NCBI GenBank assembly: GCA_020137815.1
Contig: CM035352.1
Coordinates: 4,278,001 to 4,342,000 of the forward strand
Source of the DNA: Hormiphora californensis
Lineage: Eukaryota; Animalia; Ctenophora
Direction of reading: 5' to 3'
Length of the DNA: 64,000 bases
Shown here in pieces: positions 1 to 19,300 of this stretch (position 1 is the stretch's first letter; each line of letters starts with the position of its first letter). The notes under the pieces were generated by a model that saw only the letters and a program-made list of their open reading frames with translations, ran no database searches and was not told where the DNA came from. The position numbers and the translations under genes are program-made.

Positions 1-613
1 AGCGCTCATGAGACGTTTTGACCTACATGTGCTCATGAGTGTATCATGAGACATGTCTCATGAGACATATGTCTCATGAGACGTTAGGGTTAGGGTTGGG
101 TTTACGGTTGGGCTAGGGTTAGGGTTATCCTTTAGGTCTAGGGACCCGTAGGGATAGGGTTAGGGTTGACCCATAGGCTTGGACCTAGCCCTACCCTCTA
201 CGGGTCCCTCGACCTAAAGGAATGCCCTAACCCTAGCCCAACCCTAAACCCAACCATAACCATAACCTAACGTCTCATGAGACATGTCTCATGAGACATG
301 TCTCATGATACACTCATGAGCACATGTAGGTCAAAACGTCTCATGAGCGCTCATGAGACATTGAAACAGAGATGGGATGAGACATATGTCTCATGAGCGC
401 TCATGAGCAAGGTCTCATGAGCACTCATGAGCGCTCATGATACACTCATGACACACTCATGATACACTCATGAGCGCTCATGAGACGTTGAAACACCTAA
501 AAACGTCTCATGAGCGCTCATGATACACTCATGATACACTCATGACACACTCATGATACACTCATGAGCGCTCATGAGAGGAACGGACAGGTTCTTCCGA
601 CTTACCGGCAGTG
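1..613. mobile_element. Right part of a foldback/CACTA(CMC)-like non-autonomous DNA transposon with TCATGA subterminal repeats and a degenerate TTAGGG core
   Basis: About 1-85 is the reverse complement of about 268-352. Dozens of TCATGA motifs. Ends ...TTACCGGCAGTG at 613 (reverse complement CACTGCCGGTAAG). The left terminus is outside the window. Confidence 0.5.
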
Positions 614-1390
614 CTTTTCAAGAAATCAGAAAAAACACGAACTTCATCAAGTTTTTGAACTTTTTTACTACTGCAAATGCGGCGTAAATGCATAATAAAT
701 TTGCGCGGCACGAAAGAAAATGTAACGCGCGATGTAATTTACTGTTCATTGCATCAATCATGCATCACAAGTTCAATAAATTTAAAAAAATTTTATATCT
801 TTTTATTTTTTCGTTTTAAAATGCAAAATTTGGATCCTGTTTGCGGCGAGCAGGGTCCAAATTTTGAGCAGTAGCTCACCTCTCAAGTCCTTTGTCAGCT
901 TTTCACCCCCTCCCCATTTTCATTCTTTTAACGATACTTTCGGACTTCGGTTCTCGATAAAATCAGAGGCTTCCTAACGGAAAGTAATACACCAGAAAAT
1001 GGACTTCGCCCCTAGAGCATTGGCCCTAGTAAAAGTTTAAAAAGTAAGGCCCAGCATCTACAGAAACAATATATTGGAGTATTCAGTGACCGCGCTGGAT
1101 AAATTACCACAAGTACCACTCAAACTACAATAATGAAGATTGACCGCTTTAGAAAGATGTAAGAGTGGAGAGCGCAGCTAGTATCTAGCGTACGATATAT
1201 ACATCCTTTCGATAAGATCAATGGACAGTGAAGCCATCCCTATCCTTGAAGAAACAATTCATCGTGCCTAAGCCATTCGAAAGGATTATGAGAAACCACC
1301 TAGTAAATTGAAGAAAACAAAATCTTCATTGATGGCCCAACAAGGTTATCGATGAATCAAAAAACTGGAGCACGTATTCCACTCTTTTTC

Positions 1391-1461
1391 TTGTTATGTT
1401 CTAACCCTCCTATATATTTGTTTCGCGGGCGGGGCGCACGAAACACAGTATAGCTAGGCAA
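1391..1461. mobile_element. Tiny TTG...CAA element with 8-bp TSD (other copies 11964-12039 and 40651-40714; partial copies near 3667 and 5942)
   Basis: Shared core TTGTTATGTTCTAACCCTCC...GCACGAAACACAGT.TAGCTAGGCA. TSDs are TCTTTTTC, ATCCCGGG and TTCACCCC. Confidence 0.75.
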
Positions 1462-3302
1462 TCTTTTTCAATGAAATATGTGACGGAAATGAATTGGATG
1501 GCATGGCCATTACGCCAAAGCAAACACACAGCAGGAAACGATTGGTTCTGGAATGTTTTTGTTCAATATGAGCTAACAGAGTGGGTTCAGTTAATCCTTA
1601 TCTGCTGGACAAATTCTCACACACTCATTGAATTCCGACCCCTTCTCTGTAAATAGACATGTGGACACATAGAGAGGATAATTAGTAGCATTTTCCTATA
1701 TCACATATTATGTTTTTATGCTGCATGGTCGAGGAGAGAAGGAGAGGAAGAGACTAGAGAAAGATGGAGAGAGAGAGAAATACTAGGTCAAATGAGCTAC
1801 ATCAAGGAAGTTGCAAAACGAATAAAATGAGTGTAGAGGAAAAAGGAGAAAGCGAAAGCGGAAAGTTCCTTCCGTTACACGTCCATCAAGGAATCTGCAC
1901 ACGATTGTACTTGACTTGTACAGGAACCCAGTTTTCTGTCCACGGAACACACACCGTTTTCACCATCAAGGCATAGCACAAAATCGTATGCCCGTTTGAC
2001 ATATTCCTTTCCGCAAGCTTAGGGAGGGGAAACCTTTTCGCGCGCGGGTACACCGTACCCAAACCACCCCCTTGTTTCAGTCTCGGAAGAAAATATGTTG
2101 TGCAGATCTCTTGATAGATTCCGTTACACACGTAGCAGTTACATGTGTAACGGAATACACTGTAGCTGTTACACACTGCACTCATATTGTTTACTTTGTC
2201 TACCCATTGTAATGTGATAGGTGTGAACTGATAGTTTGTTTGTGTGTGTAACGTGTGTGTGCGATGTGTGCCATGAGTGTGGCACAGTTTTCCTGAGTGT
2301 TTGTATGGAACGCGCGAGAGTTCCAAATGTGTTGTGAGATATCGCGAGCGCGGAATCACGCCATATTCCGCCGCGCGAGAGATGTTTTACCTCAGATGTT
2401 TTTGTGAGATTGCAAGAAAGTTTGTCACTTCTTCCTAACAATCTATACCTTCGTTTACCTTGAAACCTTCTTCTAACCTTTGTAAGATCCTGTGTTTATC
2501 TTTGTCTACGGAAATACATCGGTACGGTCACCCAACGCCCCTGGCCCCCTGTAACCCCCCGAACACCCCGAAACATGTAATACTCAGCTACAAACTCTCA
2601 CACAGTATAACACACTCTTATTACTAGGTAATCATATTGATGATCGTGTTTTGCAATGGAACTAATTGATACCATGTGTACAGTAGCGGCATTATATAGA
2701 CCCTTAGCTACCACGTATAAGTGGTAGTTTCTACCTGCCATCGGGTTCGAGTTAAAAGTTCACCAGGGCACGCCGTGATTCGTAGAACGATGTTTGAAAA
2801 CTCATATTATTTTAAGTAAGGACATAACAAGGATAATCACCAAAAAACTTTTAACGAACGTTTTTTGAATATCTTACAGCCTGATGAATTATTTTGATTG
2901 TTAGCAGTTCACCGGAATATGTGAAGAACTAACTTTCAACCCAACACACGTCTTCCTGGCCTTGTCCGGGTCCCTCAACATTCATAGCTGTCTCGCGTGC
3001 TTGCTCTCTTTTAAACCCTCTCCATCTCGATACTTATATTTCTCTCTATTGCTTTCTTTCTCTCTTTCTCTCTCTTCTCTCTCTCTCTCTCGTCTCTCTC
3101 TTCTCTCTCTCTCTCTCTCTCTTCATCTCTCTCTCGCTCTTCTCTAATCTCTCCTCTCCCCCCCCCTCTCTCTCTCCTCCCTCGTCACGGTCTTCTCTCT
3201 TCTCTCTCATCTTCCCTCTCCTCTCATCTCTCCTCCTCTCTCTCTCTCTCTCAATTCTCCTCACCAAAAGTCTTCCCCTTCACTCCAGCTAGGCTAGTTA
3301 TT

Positions 3303-9280
<5,978 letters not shown>

Positions 9281-10093
9281 TAATTATTGATAATAAAGTG
9301 CATCTCTAGTCTGGAATTCCACGCTGAAGCTGTCAAAGCATTGGCCTGACCCTATTCTCAGTTCTTCTGCACGCGGAGCGGGCGAGAATTGCGATCAGAG
9401 CATTGGCCTGACAACGCTGAAGCAGCTGGACTTCATTTGAGCTGTTTTACAAACTGTGCTGGAAGTTAGAGAACATTTATGGAGTCATTTGACACGCGCT
9501 TGTAAAAAGTGTAAACAACTCACACATTGTTTGGCAGATTCGATTGGGTATTATCCTGCTCAACAGTGGTAGTTTATGGCTGTCTAGTCTCTAGATTAGT
9601 TTTCAAACAATCTTTATATACCAAGAGTCATACTGTTAGATTCAGATTTAATATCTGACTCTGGCAATTTGTATATTGTCTGCATGGTGTTTGGGAGGAT
9701 CTTGACCAATCGCTAATTTTACCCCGGGCCTTCTTTCGTTGACTGCCGATTGTTTTAAGCTTTTTTTCTGGTTTTATTACTTCACTTGGTTATGTACTTA
9801 TAATACAGTTTTAACCCCAAAAATTATGCCTTTTCCCTTGAACATTATACCACAATCATGACTCATTCTCATTAGTCATTCTAAAGTGACAATGAAATAT
9901 GTCCTTCATTATTTTTTACCGCCAATGAGGCATGATTGTGTATTATAAAAGCGTGAAACGCAAGGATTTGCCAAAGTGTTTTATACACATTACACAGAGC
10001 AGTGATAACAAAATAACACAATATAGTATCTCTCTTTTCAAATATAACTCTCTCTAACAATCGGCCTGGGGATGGCCCCCACTCAATCCGATT

Positions 10094-10160
10094 CTGTCTG
10101 GCGGAGCCGGCACCCTATTTGATTCTCAAGCGCTCAGATCGGGTCAGCAGTGCCAGACAG
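10094..10160. mobile_element. Mini hAT-like MITE CTGTCTGGCG...GCCAGACAG (other copies 50022-50090, 51139-51224, ~61630-61690)
   Basis: Short TIRs and shared internal GATTCTC/CAGATCGGG motifs. 8-bp TSD is exact at 51139 (TTCTCTAG) and has one mismatch at 10094 (ATCCGATT/ATCCAATT) and 50022 (ATGATGTT/ATGATGAT). Confidence 0.7.
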
Positions 10161-10397
10161 ATCCAATTTAGTTTCTCAAATCTGTAAAAGAATATCTGAG
10201 GCTGGTGACTTTTTCCAAACACGAACAGGGCAGCCAGTGGTACATAACAACAAGAATAAAACACTATTTAACACACATAATGGTTCGGGGCGGTCCCTTA
10301 GAATGAAACCTAATTATATAATTACTCTCTCTCTCACTCTCTCTTGGCACACACGGGGGCATACATATCAAATAAATCCGCTATCAGTCTCTTGCAA

Positions 10398-13300
10398 TTA
10401 CAGTTGAACATGGAGCATATTGTTAGCGTTTTTGTTCAACAGATTGATAAGGGCCATGGAATGATAGTAAGTTCCCATGAACACGAAAATATGCCAAATA
10501 GCATGGGCGAACAGCATTTTCCCTTCCAATTTGAAGAAAACAATGCCACAGAGAAAGAAGGCGCCTCCCAACATCACTTCGTATAGCTCAGGCCTGTATC
10601 CGACCTGGGAAATCAATGTGTTAGAGAATGGACGAATGACATGATGCATACATGATACATCATACACATATGTATACAAAAGGACAGAGGTAGAATGCTG
10701 TGAGTCAGTGTGACCAGTGATATTTGCGTACCGGTAGTGCTACTACCGGCGTACCGGATTCCGAATCGATCCTCGCATTTGATTGGCTAGTTTTGTCCGC
10801 GCGCGATATCATCCGATGCTGAAACTCCGCGCGAGCACCTCGCGCCTTACAGTCGGTCAGGAAGTGGGGGCTCTAGTGAACCGCTTGTTGCTCGTGAACA
10901 CGGTTCATTGAGTTTACATTATTTTCTGGATTTCACATGTAAAGAAAAACCGCATAGAAAGGCTAAGCTTAACTTAACATCCGAATCGCATTGACATACA
11001 GACATTACTAATTGAAAATAGAATTGAATAGAAACGAATCATTCCGATCTCCCAATTCAACGGGACCAGTTGTCCGGAATTTGTAACACTATACTCATAT
11101 TATATTCGACTGTAAGCAGCTCATACCTGGGATACTAGAACCGCAGCTGGCAGAACTCCCTCCCCCACATACATGAGAAGTTCCAAGCTCGCGTGACTGC
11201 AGGAGAGAGAGGTGGGGTTAGAGGGGGAGATAGGAGAGAGAGGGAGAGAGAGGTGGGGTTAGAGGGGGAGATAGGAGAGAGAGGGAGAGAGAGGTGGGGT
11301 TGGATGGGGAGGGAGAGAGATAGGAAAATTCCTGTCGGAGATGGGCCATATATAGGAGTCAGGAGTTAAAAAAAAGAGAGATTATTTTCGAAGAGATAAA
11401 GTGGGGGAATAAAGAAAGAAATGGTAGGAAATTAAAATTGCGTGATAGGCATGTGATGTGGTGTGAACTAACAGGCAGGTGTGTGTATTAACACGAGACA
11501 GGCATATTTGTGTAATCAGTCAATTTTTTCATCTAAATTCGTGTTGTGTATTATATGAGTGTTGGAAGTAGTTCGCTTACACACTTTAACAGAGATATAA
11601 CAGAGATATAACATACGATATATGGTATAAGTTATAACCAGTCTCATAATATTAATATTAAGATTTAAGAACCCACGTATACATCTCCCGCAAGGATATA
11701 ATTATGCCCATAAAAGATATAAACTACTGCATAAACTGATATTGGCCAAAAAGTGAAAACTTTAGCTAAAAGATCCACTCCAAACTTTTCAACATTACCT
11801 CATTCCCTTGTTGTAAAAGGAGAAGAAGATACCAAAAATGGCCACACTCCATAGGGGGACCATGTAATTAAACGTAGAGATATTGTAGCCTGCAATTATA
11901 TATGGAGTTGTTAGTGTTAAATAGTGAACAATATTAGTCATGCCCGTGGCACACAATCCCGGGTTGTTATGTTCTAACCCTCCTTTACATTTGTAAAGAG
12001 AAGAGGGCGGGGCGCACGAAACACAGTCTAGCTAGGCACATCCCGGGAGTGCGGATCCCTGAATTTCTTGGTGAACCACCCACACCCTCACCCCCTCTAC
12101 TACTACAGAAAACAGGGTACTTCCTCTTAGAGACATTGAATCAATTTAGAGATCTCACTGTGTACACTAACATGTTAGTACACAGTGTTTGGCAGATATA
12201 ACTGTACTGGTTATAACAGTATAGTTATATCTGCTGTGTGTTTGTGTGTTCGGCACCTACCTGCTATGTGTTTGTATGTTCGGCACCTACCTGCTATAGT
12301 AATCCAGGGTGTGTAGGAACCTACCTGCTATAGTGATCCAGGGTGTGTAGGAACCTACCTGCTATAGTGATCCAGGGTGTGTAGGAACCTACCTGCTATA
12401 GTAATCCAGGGTGTGTAGGAACCTACCTGCTATAGTGATCCAGGGTGTGTAGGAACCTACCTGCTATAGTGATCCAGGGTGTGTAGGAACCTACCTGCTA
12501 TAGTAATCCAGGGTGTGTAGGAACCTACCTGCTATAGTAATCCAGGGTGTGTAGGAACCTACCTGCTATAGTGACCCAGGGTGTGTAGGAACCTACCTGC
12601 TATAGTAATCCTGTGCGATCACCACACCCATACAACAGCCACATACATACATATATAACCCAAACCCAAACCTAAACCCTAACACTAAACCTAACCCTAA
12701 CCCAAACCCCAACCCTAATTATAAACCTAACCCTAACCCAAACCCCAACCCTAATTATAAACCTAACCCTCAAACCTGAATCCTAAAACCCGAAGCCTAC
12801 TTTAACCTATGGACTTGATAAGCAGGGTGAAGCCTTATACTATTTTCCGAATGCATGAAATCTCTGTAAATGAAATTGTTTCCCATATATTCGAGTTGAC
12901 GGAAATTGTCGACACTTAGTAGTCCGAGGGCATTATTTGTTATAGAGCATGATAGCACTAGAGCTAAAATTCTATGAATCACGTGACTGGGCAGGTCAAT
13001 ATATCGTTTGGTTAAAGTCATAGAAGTGTGTCTTACCCTGTACCGATTTGATTTGGAGTTTTCCAATATATTAACTTCTTCCAAAAACCTAAAAACCCAG
13101 ACTATTTGACTTCTAGACACCCAACACCCAACACTTCATTTGAACCCGAGTGGTGCGACCCACACAAATTGGCGACCCCGAAGGGACTTTGTAAAAATAA
13201 CATCGCGGTTTTCCTTTTACGATCTCCTTTGTTAATCGTCGTGACTTCCTTCTACGATCTTCATTGTTCATCGTCGTGATTTCCTTTTACAATCTACATT

Positions 13301-16300
13301 GTTCACCCCAGTGAGTTCCTTTTACGACCTACTGTGTTTCATCAACGGACTTTATTTGCAAACTAGGATATTCGAGACAGCATGGCTCGTCCGAATCCTA
13401 ATCCTGAGTTAGACGCTGCAGAAATGTACGCAGACGTACTCACTGCATTCCAAGTTGAGGATCTCAATGATGTGCAATCTAGTGCTCTGGAAAGACTAAT
13501 AAAAAGGGAACGAGATCGAATTCAGACTACCAACGCCGACGCTGACTTGGAACAAATAAGGTCAAGAGCAGGACTCATCCTAAACCGGAATCAACTGTCA
13601 GCACTTAGCCGAAAACCTCCTATATTTGATTGGGACAAAATGGAGATGAAAAGATACATCAAGATGTTTGAGGCGTATACACATGGGCAGCGACTGGACG
13701 ATCAAACACGAATCACCATATTTCAAACATACTTGACAGAAGGCACTTTGGAGAAGCTGGACAACGCTATGCCTGACTTCGACCCAGAACAGAGGACCTG
13801 GGAGGAGTATAAAACCAAGGTGATCCAAGTTATTGCCATGTTAAAACAGGACCAATCTCTTCAGGCAAGGATTGCCTTGAGGGGAAGAACACAGAAGAGC
13901 AGCGAGTCGCTGGCTGAATTCGCAGACGAACTATCTAAACTGGCTCACAAAGGTTGGCCAAAAATGGATGATAAGGTCACCAGGGAAATGGTCCTGAAGG
14001 ACGCACTGGTTTCGGGAGCAAAGAAAGATGAAGTGGGAGTATGGCTAATACAGCAGCAAGATGAAATGTCCTACACAGAGATGGTGCGAAAAGGGACTAC
14101 TCGGGAGTTATCCTACAAGGCTAGAGAAGGAATGAAAGCTCACGAGGGACTAGAAGTGAGTGTATTGCGAGCTGCCCCTACTGAACCGGATAATCAGGCC
14201 AGCGGGAAAAACTGGGGTAATCAGCAGGTGGCAGCAAGACCGAGTGGCATTCAGCAACTTCAAGTGTCAAACTGGCAGACCAATAGACCTCCTCCTAACG
14301 GTGATCATCGAACACAAGATCCTCGGTATGGAGATGTAAGACCCTCATTTGACCTGGAAAACATTATATGTTGGCGGTGCTCAGAGAGAGGACACTTCGC
14401 TAGAGACTGCTCGCTACCCAGGTTTAGGGGGAACAACTCATACGATCGCAGACCCAGTTACAACAGGAACAGCCAGATGTATAACCAGCAGAACCGTCCC
14501 TCGTATCAAGTGCCTCGTAACCAGACAGGTCAGGGTCATGGACCTAACCGGAGTTTGGGATACGGGCCATATAGTGATCCATGGGAGCCATCCAGACACG
14601 TTTCATTTGCAGCAATGCCCGAGACAACACGCACAAATACTCCAAATCCACGGGGTCCAGTAGTTGAGAGCAGCAATCCAGCCCCGGAAAACTAGATTGC
14701 CCCTCCCATGTTTTGGGGAGGGGACGCCGTTTGGAGGATGAGGCAGGAAGTGCTGAAAGAGAGGTGTCAGAAGAAAAGATAGCATCAACTGAACAAAGAG
14801 ACACATGGGATGTAAAAAGCTGCAGTGGGTGTTTGTTTGTCATGGGGGAAATAGTGGGGATCGATGTTAACGCCCTAGTGGACAGTGGTTCGTGTATCAG
14901 TATCCTATCCAGAGAGAAAGCAGAGCAAATGTGTCTTCTCGATAAACTGAAAGACAGTAAAGTGGAACTGATCGGGATATCAGGCAACCGTATTGCAGCC
15001 ATGGGCTGTATTGCCGAAATACCCTTTGAGGATAGATGACACAATATGCCAGGTTTCGGTACAAGTTGCAAAAATAGAGGAGGAAATGATCTTGGGCCAG
15101 GACTTTCTGAAAGACCACTGTTTCACCCTGGATTTTGGCAGCCGTATACTGTTCAATGATCACTTGACAGTATATCTCTCTGAAGGAAAATTTAGTGATG
15201 TGACATTTCCAGTTCCAGTAAAGGTGGCAAAGAGTTGTAAACTGGCTGGTGAACTAAGTCTGATTCCGGGACAAGTGGTGTATGAGGAATCTAAAACTCT
15301 CAAGAATGGGTTGTATATGTTACAGCTGTCTTCACTGTGGGAAAGTTTATTGGATACGGAGGCGGAAGGTGGTGTAGACATAACACCTATTGTTATAAAG
15401 GTGGTGGACAACATTCTGGAAGTTCCACTGGCTATTGCTGATGATAGAGTGACCGTACAGCTTAAAGTGGGGCAAGATTTGGGAATGCTCAGACCGTTAA
15501 AATCTACATACTCGGTGGTGAAGGGCAAGCGGTACGACTCTGATTTCGACCCTGAACGAGTTGAGCAGATTTATTCTGAGCTGGAGATAGATCAGAAATT
15601 ACATCTGACTCTCTCGCAACGGGAGGAACTACGGGACTTGGTGGGGAAAAATGCTGACCTTTTTGCCCTGGGAAGACATGAATTGTGTCGCACGGATCTG
15701 GTAGAACACGAAATTCATCTGAAGTGTAACAAGCCAGTCCAGGCTTCATACCGGCGAGTACCCCTTCATCTACGGGCGGAGTGTATAAAGGAGCTAGAGG
15801 AGTTGTTGGAAGCAGGTATATTGGAACACAGTGACTCTACATATAACAACCCGGTACTCATTGTTCGGCGAAATGACAAAACTCGGGTCTTATTAGATCT
15901 ACGAGAATTGAACTCTAAAATGACTCGGTCGTTCTGCACGGTGCCTGCACTAAACACCATCACTGCAGGGTGTCACGGGGCAAAGTACTTCTCCAGCATG
16001 GATGTGAAGGATGGATTCCTGACTATTCCACTGAAAAAGGAACACCGACATTACACCGCATTTGCTATTCCAGGAGTCGGGAGACTTCAGTGGACACGGA
16101 TGCCACTAGGACTAGCCACCAGCCCAGCCACTTTTCAGCTCCTTTTGGACAGGCTCCTAGCAGGCGTACCACCGGAGGTAGCATCAGCATTCGTCGATGA
16201 TATCTTATCCCCTGCTAAGACGTTCGAGAAAGTTCTACAGAATCTAAAAGTCGTTTTTGGTAGACTCAGAGTGTCAAAGCTTAGACTTAGCCCTAAAAAG

Positions 16301-19300
16301 TGCAAGCTGGCAGAGCAGCGGTTGAAGTACTGCGGAGTATATTTGTCCGAGCATGGAATTGAAACGGACCAGGAAAAGATAAGGGCAATAAAGGATATGA
16401 AGACTCCATCCACTTATAAGGAACTGAGGTCGCTAATAGGGTCGTTCTCATGGTTCCGGCAACATATCCCAAAGTTTGCTGAAATAGCCAGGGGCCTTAC
16501 AGAGTGTCTCAAGGGAGAGAAAATGGTCATCACTGCTGAAGCTCTGGAGAGCATAAAAAGGTTAAAGGAGGCGCTGTGTTCACCTCCGATCCTGATATTT
16601 CCGGATCCAGAAAAGGTTATGGTGTACTACACGGACGCGAGTGAGAAAGGCATAGGTGGGTGTTTGGGACATGAAATGGAAGATGGGTTTCGAGTCATAG
16701 CGTATAGCTCCCGTGCACTAAGTCCAACTGAGAAACGATGGGCGTCGTTTAAACGAGAACTATTTGCTATATGGTTCCACACAACTAAAGCTTGGAGATA
16801 TTATTTGCTGGGGGCAAGCGCACGGTGTCACACGGATATGAAGGCAATAACACAAGCTGGATTTATGAAGCATTGCAGTCAACCCATTATAATCCGGTGG
16901 TTGATGGATCTAGGGAGTTACAATGTGGAGTTGGTATTTACAGCAGGAACGAATATGGAACTTCCTGACTGTCTATCGCGTTGCCCAGCAACAGTGAAGG
17001 AGATGTATGGATGGTGGACAGGGGAAGAGAAGCCTTTGGAAGATTCGGATGATGACGAACCTCGAGTACTTTGTGTAACCGCTGAAGGGGTAAAAGATAT
17101 ATCGGTAGAAGCACCAATCAGCGAGTCGGATACCGAACTGGAAGTGACTGAATCGGAAGTTATTGCCGAAAACAGTTGTAGTACAATAGAGCCTGAAGGA
17201 TCATTCTCCAACCCGATCCCTGCTAGTCACAGTCAAAGTGTAAAGGAGGCTCAAGAAAAAGACCCCGAGTTAAAGATCGTCATGGAGTGGGTTCGTGAAA
17301 AACAGAAACCAAAGACTAATCAGGGACTTACCTCACAACTAATGTGGGCGTGGCGTTATTACGAACACTTGGATATCAGCAGGCATGGCCTCTTGATTTA
17401 CAAGTATCATCAAAGCGCTTCTAAAAAGTTCAAAGAATTGCTGGTTGTTCCTGCAAATCTACGAACTGAGATTATTCGGGCACACCATGATCGAGATGAA
17501 TCGGGACACCAGGGCCCCAAAAAGACTCTTCTGCGGGTTAGAGACAAGTACTTCTTCGAGCACATGACAGAGCAGATCACTTTGTATTGTCGTACCTGCC
17601 CCACGTGTTTCATGTTCAACGAGACTTACAGAAGAAATCCAGCCGCTCCTCTAAAACCATTCCAGTCATCACGTCCGAACCAATGTGTTGCAATAGACTT
17701 GGTGGGACCAATTCGAGGACCGGGTCCATATCGATGGGTGCTAACTATGGTAGACCGTTTCACAAGATATTTATGCGCTGCTCCACTCCGAAATGCTACT
17801 GCCAAGGCCGTTGGTGACGCTCTGATGAAAGAGTGGATTTGGAATGCAGGGCCACCGGAAAGTATCTTGTCTGACCGAGGTGCCAACCTAACTACCGCTA
17901 CTGTCATACAAGAGGTGTACAATGTCCTGGGAATAAAGAAGCTGCAAACTACCGCTTACCACCCTAAAGGCAATGGACAGGTGGAAGGTTATAATAAACA
18001 CCTCGTTGTGGTCATGAAGAAACTCGTCACTGACCAACCTTCTAAATGGTATCTAAAGATAAAACCGGCTGTGTTTGCATTGAACAGTTCCGTTTGTCCA
18101 AGTACTGGACACGTTCCAGCGCACCTATGGTTTGGAAGAAGGATTCGCGTTCCGAGTGATTTGGTTTTCTCCACATCGAGCACGGTATTCTATGTGAGTC
18201 AGTCCCATTTGGCTAGTCAACAGTATGAAGAACTGCGGGAAATATTTGACAGTGTTCGTGTCGCCAGTGGTTTGGCATTGTCTCAACAAAAGACAGCACA
18301 CGATAAACGAAAGGGTTTCCATTGCACCTACAAGGAGGGAGATCGAGTGTTAGTAATGCGGCCTTTACCTCCCTGGATTAAGAACTACCGAAGTTCCGAA
18401 CTGGCTTTACAGGAGTCTATGTAATCCGGAAGTGTCTGTCTGCGTGGACGTTTGTTACTTGAGCACGAAACGACCAAGAAGGAATATGTGGTGCACTTTG
18501 ACAGCATGAGGCTGGTGAATTCACAACTGCGAGGACCTCTACCAGTGTTGGAAAGTAAGAGTGGCACCGCAGAACAAACTGAGCACAACAATGAACTGAT
18601 CTCATACACTGAACCGCCTATAATGGTTGAAGAAGACGATGAGGAGGACACCTGGGGACTGGAACCAATCTTTTTTCCGACAGAGGCACCGACCACTACG
18701 GAAACAGTTATCCAAACTGAGCCCGTGGGTACAGAGCAGCAATCTGAGGAAGAGCGAGAGTTGCAGGAAGTTACACAGAACACGGTTGCAGAGGCCGATG
18801 ATGAAGAAACTAATGTGGGAAGAAGGTCACCGTATATGTTGCGAGATCGCAGTTAGATACCGGAATGTGTTGGGAAGCACGCTCACACATCACTCTGATA
18901 CCACTGCTGGCTGTTCATCTACTTCAAAATCCGGGTACAGTATAATAATCATCGCAGTGTACTACTCGGTCATTGTCTCCAATGTGTCAAGTAACGAGGA
19001 TTCGGGTTTCTACAAAATGGGCATGGCTCATTCGACATCTCCCTTGGATCTTGGCTCTCGGAGTGTATACCATAGCATGGCTATGTGAGTACAATGGCTG
19101 GAGAATATGACATAGCATGGCTATTCGAGTAACCTGACTGGAGGGTATGACATAGCATGGCTATTCGCGTAACCTACTGGAGTGTAGGAGCAACATCTCA
19201 GTGCGGAATACGCCGAATACTTGATGACGAGTGAGGAAAGTGTGAGTGCTACCACATAGGTATGTGATGTATGTAAAAACAATCAATAAAACTCTCGAAC

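Noticed and set aside
85-270. Telomere or chromosome fusion site
   Set aside because: The repeats are degenerate and embedded in a transposon-like palindrome.
1886-2441. Cys-containing minus-strand ORFs divergent from the Tudor gene
   Set aside because: No domain recognised and they overlap (TG)-rich sequence.
12255-12611. CRISPR-like 34-bp repeat array
   Set aside because: Head-to-tail units with no unique spacers, in a eukaryotic intron, and derived from an exon junction.
12797-13120. 107-aa antisense ORF in the LTR (repeated at 25940-26470)
   Set aside because: Non-ATG start and no motif. Its duplication only reflects LTR identity.
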